This document shows, piece after piece, positions 31,119 to 45,514 of a DNA stretch of 64,000 bases. The notes below the pieces were generated by a model, which was given only the letters and a program-made list of their open reading frames with translations, was not told the DNA's origin and did not search any database. The DNA comes from the human T2T-CHM13v2.0 reference genome, Homo sapiens. Made by a program: the position numbers and the translations under genes. Numbering within the stretch: the stretch's first letter is position 1; each line of letters starts with the position of its first letter. Location: assembly GCF_009914755.1 (NCBI RefSeq), contig NC_060930.1, one strand, 5' to 3'.

Positions 31119-32600
31119 AGTTATACAGAAGCACCCATGAAATGGGTTTGCATTAATAAAGGACAAGATTTTAATAAAAGAATTGTAATGAGGTAATGAG
31201 ATCATAGAATAAGTGAGGCAAACAAAAAATAGAAATATTTATCTTATTTTAATTCTAGGGACTGACCAGCTATTATCTCAAGATAGGTGGAAGCAGTTTA
31301 GCTAATGAAAAGAAATTAAAACTCAGATTTAAGTCATGTTCTGTTAGGAAATATATTCCTTGGTATTTACTTGTAGTTTAATATAAACTGGTATAAGTCT
31401 AAAATTTGTTTCGTTTAGGTTATTTAGAAGGTAATAAAAGAAAAAAAAAGCGGGGGGGGCATCTAGTCTAACATTGAATCTAATCAGATCCTTTGAAAGC
31501 AAAGAAAAATGAACTGAAACTAGAATTAACAAAATGCAGAAAGCATAGCCGTCATTAATTTGAGCATTTGAATTTAATGTAAATCAAGTAAAAATATTTT
31601 AACTGCTATCTCTGCCCTCTGTTATCTGGGATATGAGAACAATTTAAGTAGGCCAAAATTTGGGTACATTTTGTAAATACCATGAAAGATGTCACGAGTA
31701 GGAAACCAGATGACCATTAATTGGTAGCTTTTTAAACATTTTCCTATCAGGTTTGCCCATTGCTTTCATTTTCTGAATGCGGGTAGGAAGATGTGTGCTC
31801 TGAGGTGAGCTGCTTGGGAGGCTCTGATTGCCTGTGCTCTCTCCCAGGGTCGGTTTTGTTTTGAGAGCGGGAACCTCAGAGAAGCTGGGCCTCTCTCCTG
31901 TCCATCAGGCCCATGGGCACATCCCCTCTCAGGCATGCATCTCTTCAGCTTGGCACACTCTGCCAACTTCTGAGCCAGTGTCTCTTTACTCATCTTAGCA
32001 TCAGTAAGTTTAAATTTGACTCTCCTCCCACACAAGCAAGTTGAAGCCCCACATTCAGTTGGTTATCCAACTTCCTGAGTGTCGTATTTTTCTTTAAGTA
32101 TATCTTTTTAAAGATCTCTTTGAATAACTTATTTCGAGCCTGCTACTCTTTCCTTGACTTTGTATTCTTAATCTGTGCTGCATTTCAGAGTAACTAGTTC
32201 ATAAATGTATAACCTACTATGTAAGATAGCACTTTCTTTTGGTTTTTCTTAAAACTCCTAATTTCAGGTTGCTTGGGGGACCCTTTGGTTCTAGATTCTT
32301 ACTGAGTAGTCTCAGGTGAGCAGAGTTGCTGGTGTCAAGGCAGTGTTGCTGCATCCAGGTCCCTGGCCCACTGTGATTGCTTTCCTCTTTTGGTGGTGAG
32401 AAAACGCTTTATCAGCCAAAACGCAGTTCAGCTTGGCTGCAGTTTAGACTAGAATTGTCAGTGTGAAAGGAATATGATGAGTTGTTCTTTAAATGGACTG
32501 AAACAGTTTGATTTGGAAAATTATAAAGCTGTTTATTAAACTACTTGGAGAAAATAATAGACAGCATTTTTTTTATGATCTTGGAATATGGAAGCCCACC

Positions 32601-32875
32601 TTTTTTTTTTTTTTTTTTGAGACGGAGTCTCGCTCAGTCGCTCAGGCTGGAGTGCAGTGGCGTGATGTCAGCTCACTGCAACCTCTGCCTCCTCCTGGGT
32701 TCAAATGATTCTCCTGCGTCAATCTCCTGAGTAGCTGGGACTACAGGTGCCCGCCACTACGCCCAGGTAATTTTTGTATTTTTGGTAGAGATGGGGTTTC
32801 ACCATATTGGCCAGGCTGGTCTCAAACTCCTGACCTTGTGATCCGCCCACTTCAGCCTCCCAATTGCATCCGGCC
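32601..32875 (-). mobile_element. Alu SINE (AluS-like), antisense, with a short deletion near its 5' end
   Basis: Alu consensus; TSD tatggaagccc. Confidence 0.9.
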
Positions 32876-34939
32876 TATGGAAGCCCTTTCTGAGACTGAC
32901 AGCACAAAGTCTAGTGGCCATTAAGGATATAATTGATACATTTAAGTAAACAAGTAATATTAAATTAGCAAAAATACTTCTGACTTATGACGGATACAGG
33001 CTAATTCCATTCATATACATACACTCTTGCTAATCTGTAAGAAAAAGATGAAGAATTCAGAAAAATAGGTAAAGTGTATAAACAGGCTGTCCTTTGGGGG
33101 GGGAAGGTACTAATAGTTAATATACTTGGGAAAATGCTCATTTTAAGATTCTTCTATCAAACTAGCAGAGAATGAAAACAGTTTAAAAGCTAGTGTCATA
33201 CAGGTGTGGTCAGACAGGCAATGTCATACAAAGCGAGGGAAAGGATAAAGTGATGAAGCTTTTCGGGGCTGGTTCGGTAATGTATATGAGTATTTACAAT
33301 GCATATCTCTAAGGCCCAGCGGTTCTGAGTTCCTCCTGCAGATCTGCTCGCAGAACGCAGGTTTCTGGGCAAGAACGTTTCCTACGGCATTGTTTGTAAC
33401 AGCAGAAAACCGGAATGTAAATGTCTGTCAGCAGGGGACTGATCAGATGAACTATAGGCAGCCACGCAGTGGAAAGCTGAGCTTCCCTTAGGGAGAGTGA
33501 GGGTAGATTTAGATGTACAGATAGAGGTATGATTTTTTTAAAAGGCACCTCAGTATGGGTAATGTTATCTTTCTTGTGTTTCAGTGCACACACATACACA
33601 CACACCATAGATGCAAAGTGTGTAGAAAATGTATTGAAGGATACCCAGGAACTGAATCAAACTCTCTTCATTTTCTTATTCAAATACAGATTTTATATTA
33701 CCCAGATAAGGACAACCATTTTATTACCTTTGAAAAGAAAGCATAGTTTTTAGTGGTTAATATTAGTTTCATTATTAGTTACTTATCGGTTATTTCACAG
33801 TTTCAAGAGTATTTCACGTTAGTGGCTGAACCACTAGAATGAATGGACCAGCTGATGGGAATGAATCTCAATTGTTAAAAATCTCTACTCCTGTGTGTGC
33901 TAGTCTTGTTTTTCATCAGTTATTGTTGTTTAGATTACATCACTGCTGTGATTCTGAAAAGGTTTCAGTATAGATCTTAAACTCTCAGATTACTGCTTCT
34001 TTAGAGTACTTACTTTTGAGAAATTAATAGAAAGTTTTTGTTTGTACCTTTCTAAAGAATGAGAACAATGAGGTTTAAAAGCTACTTAAAAGTTCTGTAA
34101 ACCTAGATGTCTTATCTGAAGGTTTTCTACTTGAGAGGTTTGTTTTCTGTCTCCTTCAAATACTAGAAAGATGTGTATACTTGGAATAAAGCTGCTTTTG
34201 TTTTGCTGAGAGCCCTTCTGGCCTCTGTCACATGCTCTCCCTGGCATCTCTCTGTTTTTCTGTTTCACACCCCGCCAGTCCCCAGGTGAGTGGTGTGGTG
34301 GGAAGCATGTAAGCTTTGCTGTTAGATCCAGGCTTGCCAGTGCGGCTCCACTGTGTAAGAATTGTGGCTTTGGCATAAGACCTGCCTCCTGAACCTCCTG
34401 AATAGTCAGTGGATTAGGCCACCAATATAAAGTAGTGCCGGACACATGGAAGATATTTCATAAATATTTTCCTTCTTTTCCCACTTCTTCCCTCCTTTAA
34501 AAGGGGGTCTTCAATCCACTTACCCTTTTGTGTTCCAGCCTCTCTCACTATTCTACCCTCTCTAATCGTGTAGATTCCCTTATAAAGTGTCTCTCTAATC
34601 TTGAATTTTCTCTTTGATTTGCCCAATTTCTAGCTTTTTGTTGAACAGTTCTATCAGCATGTCTCCTTTGTATCTGAAATTCATCTTCAACCGAATCACT
34701 TATTTCCCCACAAAACTAGTTTCTCTTCCTGACTTTCCTGTTTCTGTTTCTCTGAAATGTTACTTCTTTCTGTGCCCTCTTTTTATTCTGCTTTAAAACC
34801 CTAACCGAGTGCCATCGTGAGCCACAGTTATTGAGAGGCGTGCTCTGCATCCTTGAGATGTGGAAAGAGGGAACTGATTGAGATCCATTGTTCTAACAGA
34901 TTTCCTGTCTTTTCTCTCCTCCTTAAGAGGCAACCTAGC

Positions 34940-35160
34940 TTGGTGTCAAGGCAGTGAGTTTAGGAGCCAGACTGTCTAGGTTTTAATCCCAGATCTCACA
35001 CATCCTATGTGAATCAGGGTAAGCTGCTTAGCATCTCTGTGCCTCATCTGTAAAACCTCATGGGATTTTTGGAAAAAGTAAATGAAAAAAGAGTTCTAAA
35101 GTATTTAGAAGAGTACATGGTACTTAGTAGTGGTTTAATAATTGTTAATTATAGTTATCT
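34940..35160 (+). mobile_element. MIR SINE
   Basis: ggagccagactgtctaggttttaatccc...tctctgtgcctcatctgtaaaa MIR core. Confidence 0.7.
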
Positions 35161-35195
35161 CATATACCACTGCTTCTAAAACAAGACATTAAGGA

Positions 35196-37541
35196 CAGGC
35201 ACACTTCATTTATTGCCCTTTGCTTTATTGCACTTGACAGATAATGCATTATTTACAGATTGAAAGTTTTTGGCACCCCCTGCATTGAGCAAGTCTATGG
35301 GCGCCATTTTGTCAACAGCATGTACTCACTTGGTGTCTCTGTTTCACGTTTTGTTAATTCTTGCAATGTTTCATACTTTTTCATCATTATTATATCTGTT
35401 TTGATGATTCATGATGAGTGATCTTTGATGTTGCTATTGTAATTGTTTTGAGGCACCACAATGGCGAGCTTAATTGACATGTTTTATGTGTTCCGCCTGT
35501 TCTACCCACCAGCCATACCCTCGTCTTTCTCCCTCTCCTTGGACCTCCCTATTCTCTGAGACACAACCGTATTTCAGTTAACCAATTATTAACCCTGCAG
35601 TGGCCTCTAAGTGTTTCAGTGAAAGGAAGAGTCGCATTTCTCTCACTTTAAATCAAGAGCTAGAAATTATTAAGCTTAGTGAGGAAGGCTTGTCAAAAGC
35701 TGAAGCAGGCCAAAAGCCAGGTCCTCTTGAGCCAAACACTTAGCCAAGTTGTGACTGCAAAGGAAAAGTTCTTGAAGGAAATTAAAAGTAGTAGTCCAGT
35801 GAACACTTGAATGATAAGAAAGTGAAATAGCCTTATTGCTGATAAGGAGAAGGTTTGAGTGGTCTGGGTAGAAGATCAAACAGGCCACAACATTCCCTTA
35901 AGCCAAAGCCTAATGCAGAGCAAGGTCTTAACTATCTTCAATTCTGTGAAGGCTGAGAGAGGTGAGGAAGCTGCAGAAGAAAAGTTTGAAGCTAGCAGAA
36001 GTTGGTTCATGAGGCTTAAGGAAAGAAGCTGTCTTCATAATATAAAAGTGCACGGTGAAGCAGCAGGTGCTGCTGTGGAAGCTGCAATACATTATCCAGA
36101 AGATCTAGCAAAGATTATTGATGATGGTGCTGCACTAAACAGATTTTCAGAGCAGATGAAACAGCCTTCTATTATTGGAAGAAGATGCCATCTAGGACTT
36201 GCACAGCTGGAGAGGGGAAGCCAGTGCCTGCTTCAAAGTTTCAAAGAACAGGCTGACTCTCTTTAAGGGGCTAATGCGGCTGGTAACTTTATGTTGAAAC
36301 CAGTGCTCGTTTACCATTCTGAAAATCCTAAGGGTCCTTAGAATTATGCGGAATCTACTCTGCCTGTCTTCTGTAAATTGAATAGCCAAGCCTGGATGAC
36401 AGCACATCTGTTTGCAATATGATTTACTGAATATTTCAAGCCCACTGTTGAGACCAACTGCTGAGAAAAAAAGATTTCTTTCAAAATATTACTGCTCATT
36501 GACAATGCCCCTGGTCACCTAAGAGCGCTGATGGAGATGTACATGAAGATTGATGTTTTCATGCCTGCTAATACAGCACTTATTCTACAGCCCGTGGATC
36601 GAGGAGTAATTTTGACTTCTAAGTCCTATAAGAAATACATTTCGCAAGGCTATGGCTGCCATAAATAGTGATTCCTCTGATGGATCTGGGCAAAGTACAT
36701 CGAAAACCTTCTGAAAAGGATTCATCGTTCTGGATGCCATGAAGAACATTCATGATTCATGGAAGAAGGTCAAAATGTCAACATTAACAGGAGTTTGGAA
36801 GAAGTAGATTCCAACCCTCATAGAAGATGTTCATGAAGGAAGTAACTGCAGATGTGGTAGAAATACTAAGAGAACTAGAATTAGAAGTGGAGCCTGAAGA
36901 TGTGACTGAATTTCTTCAACCTCATGATAAAACTTGAACAGATGAGGAGTTGCTTCTTATGGATGAGCAAAGAAAGTGGTTTCCTGAGATGGAATCTATT
37001 CATGGTGAGGATGCTATGAACATTGTTGACAACAAATGATTTAGAATATTCCATAAACTTAGTAGATAAAATAGCAGCAGGATTTGAGAGAATTGATTCC
37101 AGTTTTGAAAGAAGTTCTACTGTGGGCAAAATGCTATCAAACAGCATCACATGCTACAGAGAAATCTTTCATGAAAGGAAGAGTCAATTGACATGGCAGA
37201 CTTCATTGTCTTGTTTTAAGAGGTTGCCACAGCCACCCCAACCTTCAGCAACCACCACCCTGATCAGTCAGCAGTCATGAACATCAAAACAAGACCCCCC
37301 CGCCACCCCAGCAAAAAGGGTGCAGCTTGACTAGTGGAAGGCTCAGATGATCGTTAGCGATTTTTAGCAATAAAGTATTTTTAATTAAGATATGTATTTT
37401 TTATACATAATGCTCTCGCACACTTATACGGTATAGTGTAACCATAACTGTTATGTACACTGGGGGACCAAAAAAGTCCACATGACTCACTTTAACGTGA
37501 TGGACTGGAACCAAACCCTCAGCATTGCTGACGTATGCTTT
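35196..37541 (+). mobile_element. Near full-length Tigger1 (TcMar-Tigger) DNA transposon with disrupted transposase
   Basis: Termini caggcacacttc ... gacgtatgctt. Track ORF 35859..36266 ([13 protein letters not shown]...[26 protein letters not shown]) is the CENP-B-like HTH region. Start ATG>GTG at 35600; frameshifts and stops present. Confidence 0.93.
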
Positions 37542-40500
37542 TATGTCATCTCCTTGTTTAAGAAACTTCAGAGTCTCCTCTATTGCCTTCTGGAATAATC
37601 ATTTGCTACATGTCAGCAGGGCTATCCCAGGAGAAGGTCTTTGTGTATCAGAGTTAGGCAAGCAGACGCTGAACGGTTCATGGTAGGGAAACTGTAGAAG
37701 AAATTCATCTGAATTTGAGGTTGAAGTACTTTTCCAAGCTCAGTTCTATTTCTGTGATGCCTCAGTGTGGCTACCCATCATCACCTTATCTTTAAGTTAT
37801 GTATTTGTCTCCAGGCAAACTGATGATTCTCCAAATATGTCCCATGCTGTCTCACCTTTTATTTGTACCTTTGGCTTGCTCTTCTGAGAATAACAGAGTG
37901 ACTCCTTCCATCTTTCAGAAGCCCATCTCTTCAGGTTCAGCTCAAATACCATGTCTTCTATAAAACCTTTTGTTTTCTGTTTTACTTCTCTGGATTCCCT
38001 TAGCACAATTTGTGACTCTTATACAAATTATATTGCTTATTTGTAAATTGTTAAGCTTGATAAGCAAAGAATTTATCTTTTTTTCTATTCCCAGTGACCT
38101 ATAAGAGACTTTGTACCATAATACTCTGTTCTTGTTTGAATAATTTTTTTTCAGTTATAAATACATCAAAAGGTACTTTACAATGTAAGGTATTAAAAGA
38201 CTTACAGATTTCCTGAATCCCTGCCTTGGAGAAGTTTGTGTTCTTAACACCGACCACAGGCCTAGGAGCTGTCCATCACTGGCCTGTTATTCTCCCATCT
38301 GACGGGCTACCCAATCAAAAATGGGAAGATTCTCTTACAGAAAATTCTCTGGCATTGTTATTTTTTTAAAACAGTTTGGATATTAAACAAATGCTTGAAG
38401 TTAAGTGGTATTTAAGGATATAACATTTTTCTCTACAGAGATTTTCCATGTAATTATATTTGTTGCAAAGGAATTTTTATTGGTTATAGGATGAGGAAGG
38501 CAATGGTAATTTTATGTTGGAACTACATTTTGCTTTCTTAGTTCTCAAAAGTCTATTTTTAGGCCATTTTAGGCCTTTTTTGGTAGTCCATTTAAAAATA
38601 AATTGATAAAAGAAACCCTCACAAAGGTTCAGTATTAGATGTGCTTATACCTTCATTAACTCACATAAGTCTTATAATGCCTTAGACATCTCGTAATTGC
38701 TTATTGAGACTTTCTCTTTACAGAACTTTATTGAAAAGGTTCTTTCCATCTCTTCACTCTCACTCCCACCCCCCCGTATGAATTCTTTTTAGTTGGTAAT
38801 AGGGCTTTTTAAGGAAGATCATATACCAGTGTTAGAGGATTTATGGACATTTGCCTTCAGAACTGCATGAGGCTGCCATTACTAACCTTGTGTGCTTTTT
38901 CACAGATCCCTGACATCTATGAGACAGCTTTGTTCATCTCAGGAACCTTTCAAAAATACATGCTGGTGAAGTTTGTTATATAGGGTGGTTTTTGTTTGTT
39001 TTGTCTAACTGGAAACAAACTATTAAAGCAAAGTCTTTTTTTTTAACCTTAAAACTGCAGTGATGAAGGACCAGCCAGCATTGTTATACGTACATCCTGT
39101 CATCAGCACAGTGTAAAAGCTTATTTCACATGGACTTCTCTTAGGTCTGTCTGGAAGCAAATTATTTGCTGATTGTAGCGCCATCCTATTCTGTACTCAA
39201 AGCTACCTATTTTAGGACTTTGAGCTATCTGAGTAAGTAGACTCTCTAAGCTAATACAAACATTATCCATTTACCTTAAGTAAATTTTTAGTGTTTTAAT
39301 TATCTTTATTTAAAAAATAAACACCTGAAATTGACATCTGTAGGTTCAGAATATGACTTAACAAAGGATTTGTTAAATAATTTCACCTCTTTTGGTAATT
39401 CCCAATCAGTAATGTTGATATGACTGGCTATAAATAGATTGAGTCTGCTGTGATCTACCTTCATTTTTAGAAGAATGTACAAGTTTTATGTTCCACCAGT
39501 GGTTTTCTAACGTCAGTACAGATTCATCTGTAGAATTAGGTCATGTCCTTTGAGCCAAAGATCTGTAAAGAACAAAACAGGAAACTTGTCAAATTCTTCC
39601 GTATTTTGAGCTAAAGTGGTTAGATTTTTTTATATAAGAGAATATTATAACCTCTTCAGTCCCTTTTGAGGAAAAGAGTTAAATTTTTGTCAGAAATTCT
39701 GGTTTAGATGTTCTCTGGTTTAAGAATCAGATATTATTTGCTTTCTATTCCTACTTCCTAACACAGTTGCACGTGGTATAGTCGTAAGATGGGCCGTGGC
39801 ATGATAGGCCAGATGACATCATCACAGGTGGTGTGGAAGGATGTGACAGGCACAGTGAGGAGTTCCTTATGTGGTGATAGGCGGACCCCTGAATGCCTAC
39901 AGGGCCCCATCCCAAGATAATAACATAGAAAGTAGTTAGCCTGCGATTGGGAACTCCTCTTAACTGGTGGACTTACCAGATGGGATGATCTGTACTGACC
40001 TGAAGTGGACGTTTGGTGTCTGCTGGAAGGAATTAGGTGGCCCATAAGAGCTGCGACCACTCACAGTATGTTTTGAGCTTTCATAGACCCTTTGTACATG
40101 TTTGGTAGAAAGCCAAACGGAAAGCAGCTTTAATTAAATATGTTACCATTTTCATTAATTCTTAAACCTAGCCCTCCTTCGAGGCCTGATGTAGTTACGA
40201 TGGAGACAGACAGACGTCGTGGTGCCATTGCTCATCTCTGCCACGCCACAGTTGCTGTTCTCATGGTCTGTGCAGTGAGAACTCTTCCTCTTGGGCCATG
40301 TCTTAGCTGCTTACTAGGAAACCAGTGAACTGAGTCAGGTCTAACCATGTCATCCAAACAAGCGCTTGCCCTGCTTACTGCATTTTTTTGTTGTCAGAAG
40401 TAGGGGTTTATTTCTTACTGGTCCCAGTTCCCCAAGGATGTCATATGAGGAGCAAGAATACAACATAAAAAAAAAATAACAAAACCAGAAACTACTATTT

Positions 40501-43335
40501 TTGTGGTCAGCAGTTGCTAATTAGCATTATTACTGTCTTTAAAAACAATTAGTAAAGTAACCTTTTATTTTATTGTTACAGAAGCAGTACATATGCATTG
40601 TAGAAAATTCAGACTAGAAAAAGAAAAGTATCCCATTTCCACAATCACTACTCTTTACACTAGGTGTCTTATTTTCTCTCTGTGAACATGGGTATACACA
40701 CAAACATACAGATATAAATTGTATATAAATGGTAATGGTTTACCACCAGTTGGTAATCCTTGCCAGAATCAGAAATGTTATTCCTTCCACGCTTAGCTGG
40801 TTTCATCTAGAAAGCAGCACTTTCCTGTATCAGCTGGAGCTAGTTAATTATGTCGAATTCCAATTTGGAATTCAGGATAGATGGCTAATTCCACCTCTAC
40901 TTAATTGCCATGTTTCAAAGTAAGAAGTTATTTTATAGCTACTACAAATAGTGACCAATGAAGAAAGCATTCCTGTCTTTTTTTCTGACAGTAGCATGGA
41001 TGTATGGATTTACATTGATTTCATAATGTGTTTTGTTTTTTTTTTCTTTGTGCTTAAAGTTATCACCTTTTGGAAGCCCATTCAAGCTGAGTCTTCTACC
41101 TCATTAATATTTGAAACCTCTCTTGCTCTTAAATAGTGCTAAGTCTTTCATCTCTGTCAGTACTGTATCAGCTTAATCTTTCTCTTCATTATGGGTCATA
41201 TTTTCCTTGCTTCTTTTCATGTCTGATAAATTATGAGTGGATGTCAGACATTGCAATTTTCACCTTGCTATATGCTGGATATTTTTGCATTCCCATAAAC
41301 ATTTTTGAGCCTTGTTCTGGGATGCACCTAAGTTACTTTGAAATAATCTGATTATTTCAGGTTTTATTTTTAAGCCCAGAGCAACATTTAGCTTAGGGAT
41401 ATTTTTGCCCCTTTCCTGAAACAAATCCTTTGTAGTATTGTACCCGATGCCCCGTGAATCATGAAGTTTTCCATCTAGGCTGGTGGGAATAGCCCTGTGT
41501 GAGGGGTTGCACTCTTGATTCACTCTTGATTCTTCCGTGTGTGTCTTTCCCTGACCTTGGGTAGACCCCTCACGTGATGGGCTGATCAGTGCAGATCTGC
41601 AGTGTCCTCTGCAGTCTCCAGAGCTCTCTCTCTGCGTCTCTGTCTTCCCCAGACTCTGTATCCTCCCACCACAGAGACCGCCGAGCTTTGTGTGGGTTTT
41701 CCATGCCTGCTCCGTGTCCTGGAGAGTCTCTCCACGCAGTGAATGGGCACTTGTGGGCTTACTCTGTCTGTCTCCCATATCTCAGGATCACTTCTTCACT
41801 GTCTGGTGTCCAGTGATTTGAACACGGTTTCCTATATTTCATCATATTTTTTGTTTTCATTGGGAGCATAAACTGGGTCCCTGTTACTCCATCTTTGTTG
41901 TCTGCTTTGCGTATTAACTGATTTTCAACTCCAAGTTTATTTTCATCTCTCAGGTGAGAATAATACCACCGCTTATTTCACAGGAGAGTTGCGCCTGAAA
42001 AGGATGCTGTCGTCCACTATATAAATGTTTGTAGTACTGACTTCCCTACAGGACAGTTGTGGAACCGGGATTTGAAGCCTGGAAGCTGGGCTCCAGAATG
42101 GTCCTCTTAACACATCTGCTGCAGTTTACCCATCAATTGGCTTCTTGGAAGCGCATCAGTCAGTTACCTCTTCTCACAAGATGCTGTATTGTAGGCCAGT
42201 TAGACCCTAAGAGCACACACCGGGAGACATTGGCCTTTGCTCCTGTGTTCACAGACCAGCTGGGCTGTTGTGTCATTCACAGCTGCGATTGGTAGGACTC
42301 ACTGTGGCTCTGTGGTTAGCTTCAAGTTGACCAGGTGGCTTTGCTGATTTTGTCTGGACTCTCTCACATACATGTCTAATGCCTCTGAAAGCAAAAGGTT
42401 CAGAATATTAACATTTTTTTTAACTTGGCTATTTCTGTTTTTTCCTCTGGAGTTTGTTTCTCTGGCTGTATGACTTGCATGATACTTAATCCATTCTTTC
42501 TGTGCTGCTTATAGTTATTTTTAGGGTTTCATTAATACTGTATCATGATGCCAAACAACAGACTTTAGAAAATATAATGCATTGAAGATAACCCATTGCT
42601 ACACAGTTGGGGCTTTTTGCATGTAATGTTTGTGAGTGAGTGGCATGCTAGAGTTTTCTGGAGAATTTGGTCCTGCCATGAATGTGCTGGTTTTAGTTAA
42701 AAACTTTGACCTGCTTTTTCACTCTTGTTCACTGGGCACCTTTTTTATTTTAAGGTGGATATTTTGGCTCAGATTGGTTGTGTCGAAAGTCTCAGCCAGT
42801 CACCACCTTCTTCTCCTTCTCCTTCTCCTTCTTCCATATATAAGGTAAATTTCAAACTTGAACACAAGAGGAAATAAACATTTAATAAACCCTAAAAGTC
42901 ATCTTTTTTTCCCAAGTGAAGTGATTATGTCAGGTAAAGTATCTTACAGGAGCTCTTCTTGGGGCATGGTGATGTGGGATGTGGAATATGTAGGAACTGG
43001 GAAGATCGTGAGGATTTACACCGTGGAGGCCTCTTAGAGGAGGCTTGATTACTGAATTCATCCCACGGGCAGTGAGATCTAATGAAAGGTCTTTAACTCT
43101 GTGGTTGACTGAGAGGAGGAGTGTGGTACCACGGAGAGAGGGAAAAGAAGAGGAGAATGAAGACATTGTCCTGTAAAAATTCAAGAGGAAGGGGAGGTGT
43201 AAGGAAAGAAACGAAGAGGCATCTCAGCATTGGAAACCTGAGTGAAGGAGCCGAGGGGATTATTGCATGACCAAATGTCTGCAGTTGAGAGACCAAAGGG
43301 GTTGTGGGGATGGAGAACAAAAATGTCAGAGACAT

Positions 43336-43671
<336 letters not shown>

Positions 43672-44064
43672 CTAGTTTGTTACAGTAAAGCTTAGGTTTT
43701 GAAAAAAGTCAAGATCTCAGCATTTAGCAACAGAAAATATTTGTGCCGAAAGTCCCAAGAATTAGGAGTTGCTGTTGTTGACCTTTACAGTAAAAATATT
43801 TCTGTCTTCTTCCTCTTTTATGTATCTGAAGGTAACAGAACGTTGGCTGGAATAGAAAATATCTTAAGCCTGTTATCTCTTCAATTAAAAGTCTCTATTA
43901 ATATGACCTGGCTGTGCAGCTATTTGTAAATATAACTGTCTGATCTTTTCCTGCATAGCATAAGCTAATAGGTATGTTACTTAGATGGGGATTTACTCAA
44001 AGAAATGCTAGTCTTTATTCTTTTCTTTATATTTTAGATGAGCCCTCACATATTAAGATAACCT

Positions 44065-44270
44065 CTACTGAATGCATACTGTGGGCTAGATGCTTTGTAT
44101 GCATTATGTCATTTAATCCTTACAGGAGGATAATGTTATAGCCATTGTATAAGTGTGGGGACTAAGAGAGCTAAGTAAATTACCCAAGGCCACACAGCTA
44201 GTGGTAAGTGATAAAGCTGGGATTCAAACCCAGATAGCAGGCTTTGAGCCTAAGTTCTTAACCACTATCC
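44065..44270 (-). mobile_element. MIR SINE
   Basis: catttaatcctta...aagtaaattacccaaggccacacagctagt...gggattcaaacccag. Confidence 0.75.
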
Positions 44271-45056
44271 CCATGTGGTATAATGATTACTTGAGTCAAT
44301 TCCAATAGCTTCCTAAAGGGAGTTAAACTCCACCTAGTGTACCAGGATTCGTCTTGCCCCTTTTTATCCCATATTGTATATTTGTACCATGTGCAGCTTT
44401 CCTACACTCACCACACAGCACCACCACGGGTGTGCGTGTCCGTCTCCCCCACCCCTCGTGGCCATTCTCAGTCTGTTCTGTGGTCCAGTGGCTCTGCAGT
44501 CAGGTACAAGCCAGTCTACTTTCTGAAGAAATTTAGCTAATGCTGTAAATCCTTTGAGTGAATGTGTTTAAATAAGTCTCCCAATGTCAAGCCTGCATAA
44601 ATATATTTCTCTATTTGCATTATGAGGAGAGGATAGCTTTTAAATTTAGAACGTTAAACCAGCAAATTGTTAGTATATTGCTCCTGGGCCTAAAGGGGCA
44701 TTTGATTTAGCTGGGGTGGGAGTTAGGAAGAGAGTCGGACATAATCATCTACCTGTGGTGATTACATAGATTTAAGCGTGTCCCAGAGACCCAACCAGAC
44801 ATGCTGTAGGAGTGTATTCATTCAACAGATACTTAATTTACAAAGCGTTTACCCAGGGCCCCACGTTCACGGGCAGCAGGAGATGGCAGGTTACCCTGAT
44901 GGACACAGCCCTTCTCTGTGTCCTTCTAATGGAGCTCGGACGAGAGTGATTGTATATGTCGATTTTGTTTGTTGCATTTTCCAATGTTTGTTAAAATTTC
45001 AAGCATAGAAGAGTTAAACGAATTTCATAGTGAATAATCATATACCCACCTTCTAG

Positions 45057-45514
<458 letters not shown>

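Noticed and set aside
35600-37280. Tigger1 transposase as a functional or domesticated gene
   Set aside because: Start codon mutated, with multiple frameshifts and stops; only fragments remain open.
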